Assembly: GCA_946499885.1 (NCBI GenBank)
Contig: CAMMTN010000002.1
Location: 85,085 to 125,084 of the forward strand
DNA length: 40,000 bases
Reading direction: 5' to 3'
From: an uncultured Clostridium sp.
GTDB lineage: Bacteria > Bacillota > Clostridia > TANB77 > CAG-508
In this document: one piece after another, positions 8,657 through 18,688 of the stretch
Layout: every line of letters starts with the position of its first letter
Numbering within the stretch: position 1 is the stretch's first letter
Program-made: the position numbers and the translations under genes
Notes under the pieces: generated by a model
Seen by the model: the letters and a program-made list of their open reading frames with translations, nothing else
The model's database searches: none
What the model was told of the DNA's origin: nothing

Positions 8657-9748
8657 TTATTTTTCTACTGTTATATTTTCATCTTCTACATGATGCACAT
8701 ATACATTTTGTCCAGGATATGCCATTTTGACATTTTCTGATTCTAACACTTTTAATATATCTTTATTTACTTTTTCTCTAAATTCTAAATATTTGTCATA
8801 CGCAATTATATCTGTATACATATATACAATTACATTTATAGCATCTATTTCTATTGTATTAAAATGTACTTGTATAGTGTCTTTATCCACATTTTCATTA
8901 TTATTTAAAACAAATTTTATTCTTCCAATTATTTTCTCTATTTTATCAGAATTTGTTTCAAGTGGAAGTTTTACATTTAATAAATACCTTCTTTGATTAA
9001 TTCTAGACCAGTTTACAATATTATTAGTTGTAAATACTGAATTTTGTATTGTAACAATAGTATTATCAGATGTTTTTATTTTAGTACATCTGAATGACAT
9101 TTCTATTACAGTTCCTTCATTTGTCCCAACACTAATCCAATCACCTACTAAAAATGGTTTATCTGCCATAATAGAAAAACCTGAGATTAAACTTTTTACA
9201 AAATCTTGTGCAGCTAAAGCTACTACAGCACTTCCTACTCCTAATCCTGCAATCAAACTAGATGGATTTATTCCAAATACAGCTAAAATTAAAAGACCAG
9301 CACCTATATATATAATATATTTTAGTATTTTACTTGTAAAATTTGCCACTGTTTTATTTCCATCTGGCATGTCATCATTTCTTAATTTTCTTACTATTCC
9401 TTCTTTTGGATCTACAAAATTTACTAAACCTTTAGCAATTATTAAAATTATTGCAATGTCCAATATTTTTTCACAAATTAGTTTTATTTCTTTTACAGGA
9501 TTAATAATTAATATTCCCAAATATATTCCACTACATATTAATAGTGCCTTTATTGGTAAATAAAATGGACTATTTTTTATTTTTAATTTATCTTTTTCTT
9601 TAAATTTAAACATCTTAATTAAAACATATGCAATTAGCGGACTTAGTATGATAAAGAATATTACTATTATTAGTGCTATTCCTATGTCTAACAATTGTTC
9701 TGAAGTAATATTTTTAAAGAAATTTATTAAATTATTTATTTGCTCCAT
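8657..9748 (-). CDS. Mechanosensitive ion channel (MscS family)
   Basis: 363 aa with TM helices and the MscS core ISGFSIMADKPFLVGDWISVGTNEGTVIEMSFRCTKIKTSDNTIVTIQNS. Confidence 0.9.
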   Translation of the reverse strand: MEQINNLINFFKNITSEQLLDIGIALIIVIFFIILSPLIAYVLIKMFKFKEKDKLKIKNSPFYLPIKALLICSGIYLGILIINPVKEIKLICEKILDIAIILIIAKGLVNFVDPKEGIVRKLRNDDMPDGNKTVANFTSKILKYIIYIGAGLLILAVFGINPSSLIAGLGVGSAVVALAAQDFVKSLISGFSIMADKPFLVGDWISVGTNEGTVIEMSFRCTKIKTSDNTIVTIQNSVFTTNNIVNWSRINQRRYLLNVKLPLETNSDKIEKIIGRIKFVLNNNENVDKDTIQVHFNTIEIDAINVIVYMYTDIIAYDKYLEFREKVNKDILKVLESENVKMAYPGQNVYVHHVEDENITVEK

Positions 9749-9770
9749 TTAGTCCTCCTACATTTTTATT

Positions 9771-10433
9771 TTATATTTCATTTTTTGCAATTAGGGCTTT
9801 TATTTTAATTCCTTGCTCTTTAAACATTTTTTCATGCTCAGTCTCTATGTTTTCCCAAAAGTCTGTTTCTTTTTCTAAATCGTATGTAATCTTTTCTATT
9901 ATAAATCCACTTTCCTTAAAATAGTTTATACTATCGTTAAACAAGTCGTCATCATCAGTTTTAAAGTAAATTTCTGCACCTTCAATTAGAAATTCTTTAT
10001 ATTTTTCTAATTGTCTTGTATGAGTTAGCCTTTTCTTCCTATGCTTTCCTCTTGGCCATGGATTGCAAAAATTAATATATATTCTTTCTATTTTATCTTC
10101 TTTTGATAAAATATTATTTATTCTTTCTATATCATATCTAGTTATATATATGTTGTCTATTTCTCTATTTGCCATTTTATATTCTTCTTCTATTTTTCTT
10201 TTTGCAAGCCCCAGCATTGCATCAACTAAATCTATTGCAATATAGTTTATGTCTGGATTATATACAGCAACTTGAGAAATAAATCCCCCTTTTCCACAAC
10301 CTAATTCCAAATATATTGGATTGTCATTCTTAAATAACTCTCTCCATTTTTCTTTATATTCTTCTGGATTATCAATATAAAATTTGCTAGCTTCTAATTC
10401 TGGTCTAGCCCACGGTTTAAATCTAATTCGCAT
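9771..10433 (-). CDS. trmB: tRNA (guanine46-N7)-methyltransferase
   Basis: MRIRFKPWARPEL..., the SAM motif LELGCGKGGF, and NFCNPWPRGKHRKKRL. Confidence 0.9.
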   Translation of the reverse strand: MRIRFKPWARPELEASKFYIDNPEEYKEKWRELFKNDNPIYLELGCGKGGFISQVAVYNPDINYIAIDLVDAMLGLAKRKIEEEYKMANREIDNIYITRYDIERINNILSKEDKIERIYINFCNPWPRGKHRKKRLTHTRQLEKYKEFLIEGAEIYFKTDDDDLFNDSINYFKESGFIIEKITYDLEKETDFWENIETEHEKMFKEQGIKIKALIAKNEI

Positions 10434-10532
10434 TTTTTAGTTTACTTACATCCTTTCAATTTTCTTATTTTTTGACAAAATTATTATACCATTAAAATCT
10501 TTTACTAACAATAGGTTTGTGAAATTTTAAGA

Positions 10533-10558
10533 CCGGCATTTAAAAAATTAAATGCCGG
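10533..10558 (-). terminator. GC-cored hairpin terminator after the lipoprotein gene
   Basis: CCGGCATTT, an 8-nt loop, then AAATGCCGG. It lies 14 nt past the stop at 10572. Confidence 0.55.
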
Positions 10559-10571
10559 CAATGAAAGATTA

Positions 10572-11435
10572 TTAGTTTCGTGCCCCCCACTTATTAAAAA
10601 AATTGTTTATACAAACTATCCCCAGCTTGTCTTTTTCCATATTTTCAAAAGAAAATACGAAAAAATCAAATTCATCTTTTCCAACTTTTTCCCATAATTC
10701 ATCATATCCATAGAAATATGCTTGAATAGCTTTTTCTTCAAAGCAGCCTATATACAGACTTATATAATAGTAATACTGAGAATATCCACTAACATATCCC
10801 TCTGGTATTTGTGGATTCAAAGTATACGTTATAAAATCTGTAAGACCTTCATTAAATTGATAATATGCATATGGTTCATTTTCTACTCCACCATTTGTTA
10901 TGTCTGCAAGTGCATGCATTAACTCGTGGCATATCATCCATTCGCATATAACATTAACATAGTCCTTACCAATATATAGCGTTCCATCTCTGTATTCAGC
11001 CACTTCATCATATTCAGCAATTTTTACTTCTATCTTGTCAAGTTCTTGCATAATTGTTTCCTTATCTTTCAAAACAGTTGAATTTGCTATATAATCTTTG
11101 ACAAGAAGAAACGATGATTCAATTAATTCCTTTGACGTTTTACTAAGTTCTATATCTATGCACTCAATGGAATCTTTTTTATTCTCCTTCTTATCAGCAA
11201 TTTCTATTTTCCGAATATCTCCATTTATGTCCACAGTATAAATTCCATTTTCAAACGAAACGCCATACGTCCTTCCCTGTATTATTTCTAATTGATCCAA
11301 GGTTTGTTTTCCAAGTTCAAGAATTTTTTCATCATAGTTAGTTGAAGTCCTACAGCTAGTTATAGTTATTCCCATTAGAATTACCATTACTAATGCAATA
11401 ATTTTCTTAATAGCCTTTCTTCTTTCATTTTTCAT
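10572..11435 (-). CDS. Lipoprotein with an HExxH zinc-metallopeptidase-like motif
   Basis: Best start is the ATG at 11433-11435 after GGAGGG; the track's TTG at 11450 is less likely. Signal and lipobox are ...LMGITITSC. Motif is CHELMHAL. It contains one of only two uninterrupted in-frame CGG codons that I found. Confidence 0.75.
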   Translation of the reverse strand: MKNERRKAIKKIIALVMVILMGITITSCRTSTNYDEKILELGKQTLDQLEIIQGRTYGVSFENGIYTVDINGDIRKIEIADKKENKKDSIECIDIELSKTSKELIESSFLLVKDYIANSTVLKDKETIMQELDKIEVKIAEYDEVAEYRDGTLYIGKDYVNVICEWMICHELMHALADITNGGVENEPYAYYQFNEGLTDFITYTLNPQIPEGYVSGYSQYYYYISLYIGCFEEKAIQAYFYGYDELWEKVGKDEFDFFVFSFENMEKDKLGIVCINNFFNKWGARN

Positions 11436-11516
11436 CTTTTTACCCTCCAAATAATTATTTCTTTTTGCAATTCCAGGTAGTATATAAAAAGGATTTCAAA
11501 AAGATTATATGTATAA

Positions 11517-11545
11517 ATTATATAATATTTTAAATTGTATGTCAA
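11517..11545 (-). promoter_or_regulatory. Consensus sigma-A promoter for the lipoprotein gene
   Basis: The minus strand reads TTGACA, 17 nt, then TATAAT, with both hexamers exact. Confidence 0.65.
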
Positions 11546-11677
11546 ATTATGTAAATTTCTCAACCTGTTTTTTCAATTTCAGCAATATTAGTTTTGTGAA
11601 ATTTTGTAATGAACTTTAAGGAACGTCCCTAAAGTTCAATTCCTCAAAGAAATCCAGAGAAATTAAGGATTCTTTAT

Positions 11678-11722
11678 AGAGCAAGAGGCTTGTCAAAAAT
11701 GATACGCCTCTTGCTCTGTTTT
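11678..11722 (+). terminator. Intrinsic-terminator-like hairpin about 80 nt upstream of the ABC-transporter start (possible attenuator or leader)
   Basis: AGAGCAAGAGGC, a 16-nt loop, GCCTCTTGCTCT, then GTTTT. Confidence 0.5.
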
Positions 11723-11802
11723 AAGTTAATAATTTCTTAATAATTTATAACTTGCTTCTTAAGAAATTTATGGTATCATATCTTCATCGAAGGAGGGATG
11801 GT

Positions 11803-12714
11803 ATGCAAAATACAATTTTAAAATGTGAAAATTTGCATAAAAATTTTAGAAAAAAAGAAATATTAAAAGGGGTATCTTTAAAAGTTCAAGAAGGAGACAT
11901 TTTAGGTTTTATTGGTCCAAATGGAGCTGGTAAAACAACTACTATTAAATTAATACTAGGACTTCAAAAAATTTCTAGTGGTAAAGTATATATAAATGGT
12001 CATAGTATAGAAAAAGATTTTGAAAAAGCCATTTCTAAAGTTGGAGCTATAATTGAAAATCCTGATTTATATATGTATATGTCTGGCTATGATAACTTAA
12101 AATTAATATCTAATCTATATCCTAATGTAGATTCAAAACGTATAGATGAAGTAGTAAAATTAGTTGGTTTGGAAAACAGAATTAATGATAAAGTTTCAAA
12201 ATATTCTTTAGGTATGAGACAACGTTTAGGTGTTGCTCAAGCCATACTTCATAAACCAAACTTATTAATTTTAGATGAACCTACAAACGGCTTAGACCCT
12301 GAAGGAATAAAGGATTTGCGTAATCTTTTAGTAAAACTTGCTAAAAAAGAAAATATGGGAATATTAATTTCTAGCCATAACTTATCAGAATTAGAGAGTT
12401 TCTGTAACAAAGTATGCATTATAAAAAATGGCATTGTTGTTGAATCAAGTGATTTAGATAAAGTAAAAAAAGATGCTTCTGAAGGAAATTATATTTTAGA
12501 AGTTGATGACGCTAAAAAAGCAAGAATTATTATTGGAGATATGTCGGAAGCACAAGATAGAACTCATTTAATTGTTCATTCTGACAAAGAAAATATTCCT
12601 TTTATTGTTAAAAAATTAGTTTTACAAGATATAAATATCTATTCTGTAAGAGAAGAAGTTTTATCTTTAGAAGATGCATTCTTTAAAAAGACAGGGGGTA
12701 ATGTAATTGATTAA
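11803..12714 (+). CDS. ABC transporter ATP-binding protein
   Basis: ATG at 11803 after AGGAGGG. Walker A GPNGAGKTT, signature YSLGMRQRL, Walker B LLILDEPTNGLD. Confidence 0.92.
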   Translation: MQNTILKCENLHKNFRKKEILKGVSLKVQEGDILGFIGPNGAGKTTTIKLILGLQKISSGKVYINGHSIEKDFEKAISKVGAIIENPDLYMYMSGYDNLKLISNLYPNVDSKRIDEVVKLVGLENRINDKVSKYSLGMRQRLGVAQAILHKPNLLILDEPTNGLDPEGIKDLRNLLVKLAKKENMGILISSHNLSELESFCNKVCIIKNGIVVESSDLDKVKKDASEGNYILEVDDAKKARIIIGDMSEAQDRTHLIVHSDKENIPFIVKKLVLQDINIYSVREEVLSLEDAFFKKTGGNVID

Positions 12715-14164
12715 ATTAATTGAAAATGAATTTAAGAAAATATTTAAGAAAAAAACTATATATATTTTATTATTTATAACCTTAGCATATATTGTACTTT
12801 CAAATTTTATAATTAAGTTTAACTCTAATGATTTTACCTACTATTATACTGGTGATATGAAATATTATGAAAGTGAACTAAAAACCTTGGATCCTAATAA
12901 TCCAAGTGAACTTCCACTATATATAGAAATCAAGAGTCAATTAGAAATATCAAAATTAACAAATGAATATGGTGGCGGAAATTCTTGGCAAGCACATATA
13001 ATTAATACAGATTTATCAGGTGATATTAATACAATCGTTTCTTATGAATGTACTGATGAAATAACAGATAGTGCATATAAAGAGGCAAAGCAAAATTATG
13101 ATACTGCTATTCAAAAATTTAAAGATAATGATTGGAAATACTTTGCAAGTAAAGCTTTAGACAATGTAAATAAATCTTTAGAAGAGCAATATAAATTAAA
13201 AGAATCTACCAAAGACACTGAGACACTTAAGTCAATAAATAATACTATTGCAAACTTAGAAATAGAAAAACAAGTAAATACTTGGAGATTAGAAAAAAAT
13301 ATAAGTTATGAATATAGTTTTTTAAACAATGCCTTAAGAAATTATTATTCTAATAAAATTAATCTTCTTTCTTACGAAAATAAAGATATAAATAAATTAG
13401 ATAAAGACGAATTACAAGACTATAACAGTTCCTTAGAACAAGCAAACCTAAATAAATATTATATTGATAATATGATTACATTAAAATCTGGAGATAATAG
13501 AGAAATTTTAATCAATCTATTTAGTAATTATGAACTATTCATTCTAATTATTGGTATTGTTATTGCAGCTTCTATTGTAAGTGAAGAATTTAGTAGGGGC
13601 ACAATAAAACTTTTACTTGTAAAACCATATAATAGAGTAAAAATACTGCTTTCTAAATTTACAGTTTGTATTTGTATATTAGTATTAGCTACTGTATTTA
13701 TTGCTATATCACAACTAATATTTGGTGGATTAATACAAGGATTTGACAGCTTAAATATTCCAGCAATTGAATATAACTTTGAAACAAATAAAGTAGAAAC
13801 AATGAATATAGCTTCATATATTTGTTTAATTGGTATTTGTAAATTACCAATGTACATTTTATTAACTACTCTAGCATTCACCTGTAGCACTTTATTTACA
13901 AATACAGCTTTAGCAGTTTCACTTCCTTTTTTAGGATATATTGCTACACCATTTATAAATCAAATAGCCTTAACCAATAAAATTAAACAAGTAATATATT
14001 TTGTGACACCTAACTGGGATTTAACCCAATATTTATTTGGAAAAACTCCAACTTTTAGTGGCATAACTTTGCCGTTCTCAATCACGGTTTGTGCTATTTA
14101 TTTAATAATAATGGTAACTTTAAGTTTAGTAATATTTAAAAAAAGAGATATAAAAAACATCTAA
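12707..14164 (+). CDS. ABC-2-type transporter permease with a large N-terminal extracytoplasmic domain
   Basis: TTG start after AGGGGG overlaps the ATPase stop, suggesting translational coupling. One N-terminal TM helix, about 230 aa of soluble region, then 5-6 TM helices. Confidence 0.8.
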   Translation: MIKLIENEFKKIFKKKTIYILLFITLAYIVLSNFIIKFNSNDFTYYYTGDMKYYESELKTLDPNNPSELPLYIEIKSQLEISKLTNEYGGGNSWQAHIINTDLSGDINTIVSYECTDEITDSAYKEAKQNYDTAIQKFKDNDWKYFASKALDNVNKSLEEQYKLKESTKDTETLKSINNTIANLEIEKQVNTWRLEKNISYEYSFLNNALRNYYSNKINLLSYENKDINKLDKDELQDYNSSLEQANLNKYYIDNMITLKSGDNREILINLFSNYELFILIIGIVIAASIVSEEFSRGTIKLLLVKPYNRVKILLSKFTVCICILVLATVFIAISQLIFGGLIQGFDSLNIPAIEYNFETNKVETMNIASYICLIGICKLPMYILLTTLAFTCSTLFTNTALAVSLPFLGYIATPFINQIALTNKIKQVIYFVTPNWDLTQYLFGKTPTFSGITLPFSITVCAIYLIIMVTLSLVIFKKRDIKNI

Positions 14165-14293
14165 ATAAGCCAATGGGGACGTACACCTTTGGCTCAAAAT
14201 AAAAATATAAGTTGCTACTAATTCTATTTAAGTTAGTAGCAACTTATTTATAAGATTTTTTGAGCCAAAGGTGTACGTCCCCATTGGCTTATT
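14164..14293. repeat. Family-1 long-arm palindrome (GGGGACGT core), copy 1; it fills the whole gap between two convergent stop codons
   Basis: Outer arms are AATAAGCCAATGGGGACGTACACCTTTGGCTCAAAA and its exact reverse complement. The inner hairpin is TAAGTTGCTACTAA / TTAGTAGCAACTTA. Confidence 0.85.
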
Positions 14294-14294
14294 T

Positions 14295-15374
14295 TTAATC
14301 CTTTACATATTCATTCATTGGTTTTACTAAATATTTTAGTTCATCTAGCTTATCTGTTGAAACATATCCTGGTTTTCCATTTATTACATCTGGTATTCTA
14401 TTTACTATAGTTGCACAAGTAAGTTCTACTGTTGCTGGTCTTGCTACAACTATTGTTGTGTTTGGCTCTCCTTCTATTGTCCACTCATTTTTATCATAAT
14501 CTTCTTTTGAATAAACTTTGCCTATACATTCGCTTTCTATTGTTATTCCCTCTTTTGTCTTGGTTGTAACAACTGCACTCATTCCTGTTGCGTCTCCAGC
14601 TTTTACTGTCATTCCTAATGTTGAAGAATCAATATCTTCTTTATATGTTTGAGGTACACATTCTTGCGTTTGACTAATTGGTGTTAGTCCTAGTTTTGAA
14701 CATAGCCAACCATTTACATTCCACATATATGATGGTAAATATTCTCCTGAATTAATCATTTTTTGTCTTTCTTCATCACTTATTCTATCAACTGATGCTA
14801 TTTTTTCATCAAATTCTTTTAAAGTTAGTCCTGCTCCATGTGCCTCAGCTAATGCTATTCCATAATCTTCTACATTATATGATGAGCTTCCTTTTATTTT
14901 TGTTATTTTTTGTGTTGATCCTGCTATTGCGCTTATAAGTTCTCCCCAATAAATATCTTGATATCCGCTTCCTGTTATTGTACATCCATTTTCTTTAGCA
15001 AGCTTATCTATTTCGTTTGTAACTGTTGGGTTTGAATTAAATGGGAAGAATGCTTCTTCACAAGTTGATATTGCATTAATTCCAAGTTTTGCACATAATA
15101 AAAATGCATCTTTAATATCATTTAATAAACTCATTGTTTCTACAATTACTATATCTGGTTTTAATTCTTTAAGTAGACTTTCTGCATTTTTTGCATCAGT
15201 AACTGTTATTCCTCTTTTTTCTCCTCCTATTATTTCTCCAATGTCTTTTCCTATAACTGCTGGATTTACATCAATTGCTCCTACTACTTCTCCACCTTTT
15301 TCAAAAATATAGCGCATTGTATATACTGCCATTTTTCCTGTACCATATTGTACAACTCTTACTTTTCTTTCCAT
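14295..15374 (-). CDS. NAD(P)-dependent DapB-N-like oxidoreductase of the amine-dehydrogenase / 2,4-diaminopentanoate-dehydrogenase-like family
   Basis: ATG at 15372-15374 lies 10 nt after AGGAG. Rossmann-like N-terminus VRVVQYGTGKMAVY. The family assignment is from memory, not a search. Confidence 0.5.
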   Translation of the reverse strand: MERKVRVVQYGTGKMAVYTMRYIFEKGGEVVGAIDVNPAVIGKDIGEIIGGEKRGITVTDAKNAESLLKELKPDIVIVETMSLLNDIKDAFLLCAKLGINAISTCEEAFFPFNSNPTVTNEIDKLAKENGCTITGSGYQDIYWGELISAIAGSTQKITKIKGSSSYNVEDYGIALAEAHGAGLTLKEFDEKIASVDRISDEERQKMINSGEYLPSYMWNVNGWLCSKLGLTPISQTQECVPQTYKEDIDSSTLGMTVKAGDATGMSAVVTTKTKEGITIESECIGKVYSKEDYDKNEWTIEGEPNTTIVVARPATVELTCATIVNRIPDVINGKPGYVSTDKLDELKYLVKPMNEYVKD

Positions 15375-15497
15375 CTTTTGCACGCTCCTTTTTATATAAA
15401 TTTATAAATAGATTATAGCACTAATTTTTAAAATTTATACAAAAATTTTATTTTTTTATTTTAATGTTACAATTTGATTCCAGATTTAAAATTATGT

Positions 15498-15543
15498 TAT
15501 GAAAGCCAGAAGTAATTTTCCATTACTATTTCTAGCTTTCATA
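15498..15543. repeat. Family-2 palindrome, short (collapsed) copy
   Basis: TATGAAAGCCAGAAGTAAT, a 5-nt loop, then ATTACTATTTCTAGCTTTCATA. It shares a 20-nt exact string TTATGTTATGAAAGCCAGAA with 38551-38570. Confidence 0.7.
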
Positions 15544-15564
15544 TAATTTCTAATAAGTTAAGCT

Positions 15565-15586
15565 GAGAATTGTAACTACAATTCTC
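15565..15586 (-). terminator. Short perfect hairpin just past the J-domain gene stop
   Basis: GAGAATTGT, loop AACT, ACAATTCTC. There is no clear U-tract. Confidence 0.35.
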
Positions 15587-15595
15587 GTAATCATT

Positions 15596-16306
15596 CTATT
15601 TAAATATCCCTGTGATAAAATTCCAAATTCCTACAAATATTCCTTTAATAATTCCTATTATTATATTTATAATAGTTTTTAATATAGGATTTTGCTCATA
15701 AAAATTCATCATCCAATTATGTGTAGGTGGAAATAACCATAAAATTATGATAATTATAATCATTATAGCTATTACTATAATAAAATCTTTAACATTCTCC
15801 TTTGTCCATTTATACTTTATCTTATAGCCTAAACTTCTTAAATAATTATAATATGCATTTTCATACTCTCTATTTAAATCTTCTTGCATTTGTTTTCTTT
15901 TTTCATATTCTTCTTGCATTAGTCTTTCTTCATATTTTATTCTTTCGTTTTCATAATTATAATTTACCTGTCCGTTTACATTATCTGTTTTATAATCATC
16001 TGAAATATTATTAGTATACTTATCCTGATTATTTTGAGTATGTCTCACACTCTGTTCATAATTATTTTTTTGTATTTCTCTTTCTTGCTCTAATTTTAAA
16101 TCATATTCTTTTCTCTTTGTTTCATCTCCAAGTATTTCATAAGCTTCATTAATTTGTTTTATCTTTTTTTCTGCTGTTTGCTTTTCTGCTTCTTCTTGTA
16201 AATCTGGATGATATTTTTTCACAAGAACTTTATATGCTTTTTCAATTACTTCTGCAGAAGCATTTTCACTTACTTCTAATATTTCATATAGTGTATCTTT
16301 TTTCAT
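15596..16306 (-). CDS. J-domain (DnaJ-like) protein with C-terminal TM helices
   Basis: J domain is [33 protein letters not shown]. The middle is charged and low-complexity. There are two C-terminal hydrophobic helices. Confidence 0.85.
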   Translation of the reverse strand: MKKDTLYEILEVSENASAEVIEKAYKVLVKKYHPDLQEEAEKQTAEKKIKQINEAYEILGDETKRKEYDLKLEQEREIQKNNYEQSVRHTQNNQDKYTNNISDDYKTDNVNGQVNYNYENERIKYEERLMQEEYEKRKQMQEDLNREYENAYYNYLRSLGYKIKYKWTKENVKDFIIVIAIMIIIIIILWLFPPTHNWMMNFYEQNPILKTIINIIIGIIKGIFVGIWNFITGIFK

Positions 16307-16428
16307 TTACTTCCCCTTAAAATTAGTTAGAACTAAAATTATTATACCATAAAACAACAAAAAACAATAGTATTTTTCTTTATTTTATGATATAATACTT
16401 TATGTCAAAACTAAACAAATTATAAGAG

Positions 16429-17211
16429 GTGAATTATTTGAAACTAACTTCAAACGGTGAAACATTAGCTGAAAATAAAGTTCTTATTTTATATATCTTA
16501 AACAATGTAAAAAAAGCTATAACTAATAACGCTTTATACAAAATAATACTTTCGGTTTTAGATATGAACTATTTTTATTATCAACAATTTTTGTTAGATT
16601 TAGTTAAAAGTGATTTTATCCTTACATATGAACAAGAAGGACAAAATTTATATTTAATTACAGAGAAAGGTATTAGAACACTTGAACTAACTGTTGATAT
16701 TTTACCAGGAATATTAAAATTACAAATAGATACAAATTTGAAGCACGCATTAGAAAATGCAGCTGAAGAAGAATCAATTGTTGCTGAATATACCCCAATT
16801 AATGAAAACTATTATAATGTCACATGCAAAATTATGGAGAATAATGAATGTTTATTTGAAGTAAAAACTTTTGCAGGTTCACGTGAACAAGCAAAGCAAA
16901 TTGTTGAAAATTGGAAAAGGCATGCTGGAACAATGTATCCAAACCTTTTAGAAATTTTAACTAAAGATTTTGGAGATGAACCTTTAGAAGAAAAAAATAA
17001 TCAAAATTCTGATGAAATGCTAGGTTCTCCTAAAGATGTTTATAATTATGATATTTTAAATAGAAACATTTTATCTGATACTGAAAGTAATGAATCTAAT
17101 GAGTTAAATTTTTCTAATAAACAAATTTCTTCAGATGTTATAGAGGGAAATATGAATTTGTTTGACTTTATGGATAATACTAATAACCAACCAACAAAGA
17201 ATGGAGATTAA
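16429..17211 (+). CDS. DUF4364-like (PadR-like winged-helix) protein with a low-complexity acidic tail
   Basis: LAENKVLILYIL... resembles clostridial DUF4364 N-termini (recalled). The start may be the TTG at 16438, 6 nt after AAGAGGTG, rather than the GTG at 16429. Confidence 0.6.
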   Translation: MNYLKLTSNGETLAENKVLILYILNNVKKAITNNALYKIILSVLDMNYFYYQQFLLDLVKSDFILTYEQEGQNLYLITEKGIRTLELTVDILPGILKLQIDTNLKHALENAAEEESIVAEYTPINENYYNVTCKIMENNECLFEVKTFAGSREQAKQIVENWKRHAGTMYPNLLEILTKDFGDEPLEEKNNQNSDEMLGSPKDVYNYDILNRNILSDTESNESNELNFSNKQISSDVIEGNMNLFDFMDNTNNQPTKNGD

Positions 17212-17228
17212 AATCTCCATTCTTTGTT
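17193..17228. terminator. Bidirectional terminator hairpin overlapping both convergent stop codons
   Basis: AACAAAGAATGGAGAT, loop TAAA, ATCTCCATTCTTTGTT (16-bp perfect stem). Confidence 0.7.
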
Positions 17229-18666
17229 AATATTGTCTACCCCAAACTACCATTTTATCTGCTGGTTTTCCACAACATACGCACTTATCACCTATTTTTT
17301 CTTGTGCAAATGGTATACATCTAGATTTAGCTCCTGTAAGTTCATGTATTTTTTCTTCACATTCTTCGCTTCCACACCACATTGTTTTTACATATCCTTG
17401 ATTTTTATTCAAATTTTCTGTAAATTCTTCTAAATTATTAGCTATTGTTGTTTTTTCTTTTGCTCTTTTTGCAGATTCGTCATACATATTTTTTTGTATT
17501 TCTTCTAATATATCATTTAATTTTTCTGATAAGTCATCTAAGCTAACTTCTATTTTTTCTAATGTATCTCTTCTTACTACAACACATTTATTAGCTTCGA
17601 TATCACGTGGTCCTATTTCAATTCTTACTGGTACACCTCTCATTTCCCAGTCATTAAATTTATATCCTGGAGAATATTGTTCTCTTACATCCAATTCCAC
17701 TCTATATTTTTTAGATAAAGTATTCTTTAGCTCTTCTGCTTTTTCTTTTACGCCTTCTTTATGCATTGCAACTGGCACTATAACTACTTGAATTGGTGCT
17801 ACTCTTGGTGGCAATTTTAAACCTCTGTTATCGCCATGTGCCATTATAACTGCGCCTATTAATCTTGTACTAATTCCCCATGAAGTTTGATATGCATATT
17901 CTTCTTTTCCTTCTCTATTTTGGAATTTTATTTCAAATGGTTTTGTGAAATTTTGCCCAAAATAATGTGATGTTCCTGCTTGCAATGCTCTTCCATCATG
18001 CATTAATGTTTCTACTGTATATGTAGCTTCTGCCCCTGCAAATTGTTCCAAAGGAGTTTTTCTTCCTTTTAATACTGGTATTGCTAATAAGTTTTCTATA
18101 ACATCTGCATATACTTCAAGCATTTCTAAAGTAAATTCTTCTGCTTCTTTTGCAGTTTCATGAATTGTATGACCTTCTTGCCACAAGAATTCTCTTGAAC
18201 GTAAAAATGGTCTAGTTTCTTTTTCCCATCTTAATACATTACACCATTGATTATATTTATATGGTAAATCTCTCCAAGAATTAAGCCATTTAGAATACAT
18301 AGTAGAAAAAATAGTTTCAGAGGTTGGTCTTACGCATAATCTTTCCTCTAATTCTTCTCCTCCACCCATTGTTACCCAAGCAACTTCAGGCGCAAATCCT
18401 TCTACATGGTCTTTTTCTTTTTGCAATAAACTTTCTGGTATAAGCACTGGCATAGATATATTTTGTACTCCATGCTCTTTAAATTTCTTATCTGCATATT
18501 TTTGTATATTTTCCCATATAGCATATCCATAAGGACGTATTGTTATAAATCCTTTAACTGCTGTATAATCTGCAAGTTCTGCTTTTAGCACAATATCTGT
18601 GTACCATTTAGCAAAATCTTCTTCTATATTAGTTATTTCTTTTACAAAACTTTTATTATCACTCAT
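17227..18666 (-). CDS. proS: Proline--tRNA ligase (archaeal/eukaryote-like short form)
   Basis: 479 aa. N-terminus is [38 protein letters not shown], with class II motifs and a C-terminal Cys cluster. Confidence 0.93.
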   Translation of the reverse strand: MSDNKSFVKEITNIEEDFAKWYTDIVLKAELADYTAVKGFITIRPYGYAIWENIQKYADKKFKEHGVQNISMPVLIPESLLQKEKDHVEGFAPEVAWVTMGGGEELEERLCVRPTSETIFSTMYSKWLNSWRDLPYKYNQWCNVLRWEKETRPFLRSREFLWQEGHTIHETAKEAEEFTLEMLEVYADVIENLLAIPVLKGRKTPLEQFAGAEATYTVETLMHDGRALQAGTSHYFGQNFTKPFEIKFQNREGKEEYAYQTSWGISTRLIGAVIMAHGDNRGLKLPPRVAPIQVVIVPVAMHKEGVKEKAEELKNTLSKKYRVELDVREQYSPGYKFNDWEMRGVPVRIEIGPRDIEANKCVVVRRDTLEKIEVSLDDLSEKLNDILEEIQKNMYDESAKRAKEKTTIANNLEEFTENLNKNQGYVKTMWCGSEECEEKIHELTGAKSRCIPFAQEKIGDKCVCCGKPADKMVVWGRQY

Positions 18667-18688
18667 TATTTTTGCTCCTTTATTTTTA

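Noticed and set aside
10516-11605. 13-nt exact direct repeat TTTGTGAAATTTT (10516 and 11593), each followed by a GC-cored hairpin and flanking the lipoprotein gene: possible cassette boundaries
   Set aside because: A rough composition-aware estimate suggests that on the order of a hundred chance 13-mer matches are expected within 40 kb of DNA this AT-rich. The repeat alone is therefore not evidence of insertion. The single CGG codon in the gene is too little to argue for foreign origin.
18667-18688. Expected T-box leader upstream of proS
   Set aside because: Only 22 nt separate the scpB stop from the proS start, which leaves no room for a leader. proS appears to be co-transcribed.
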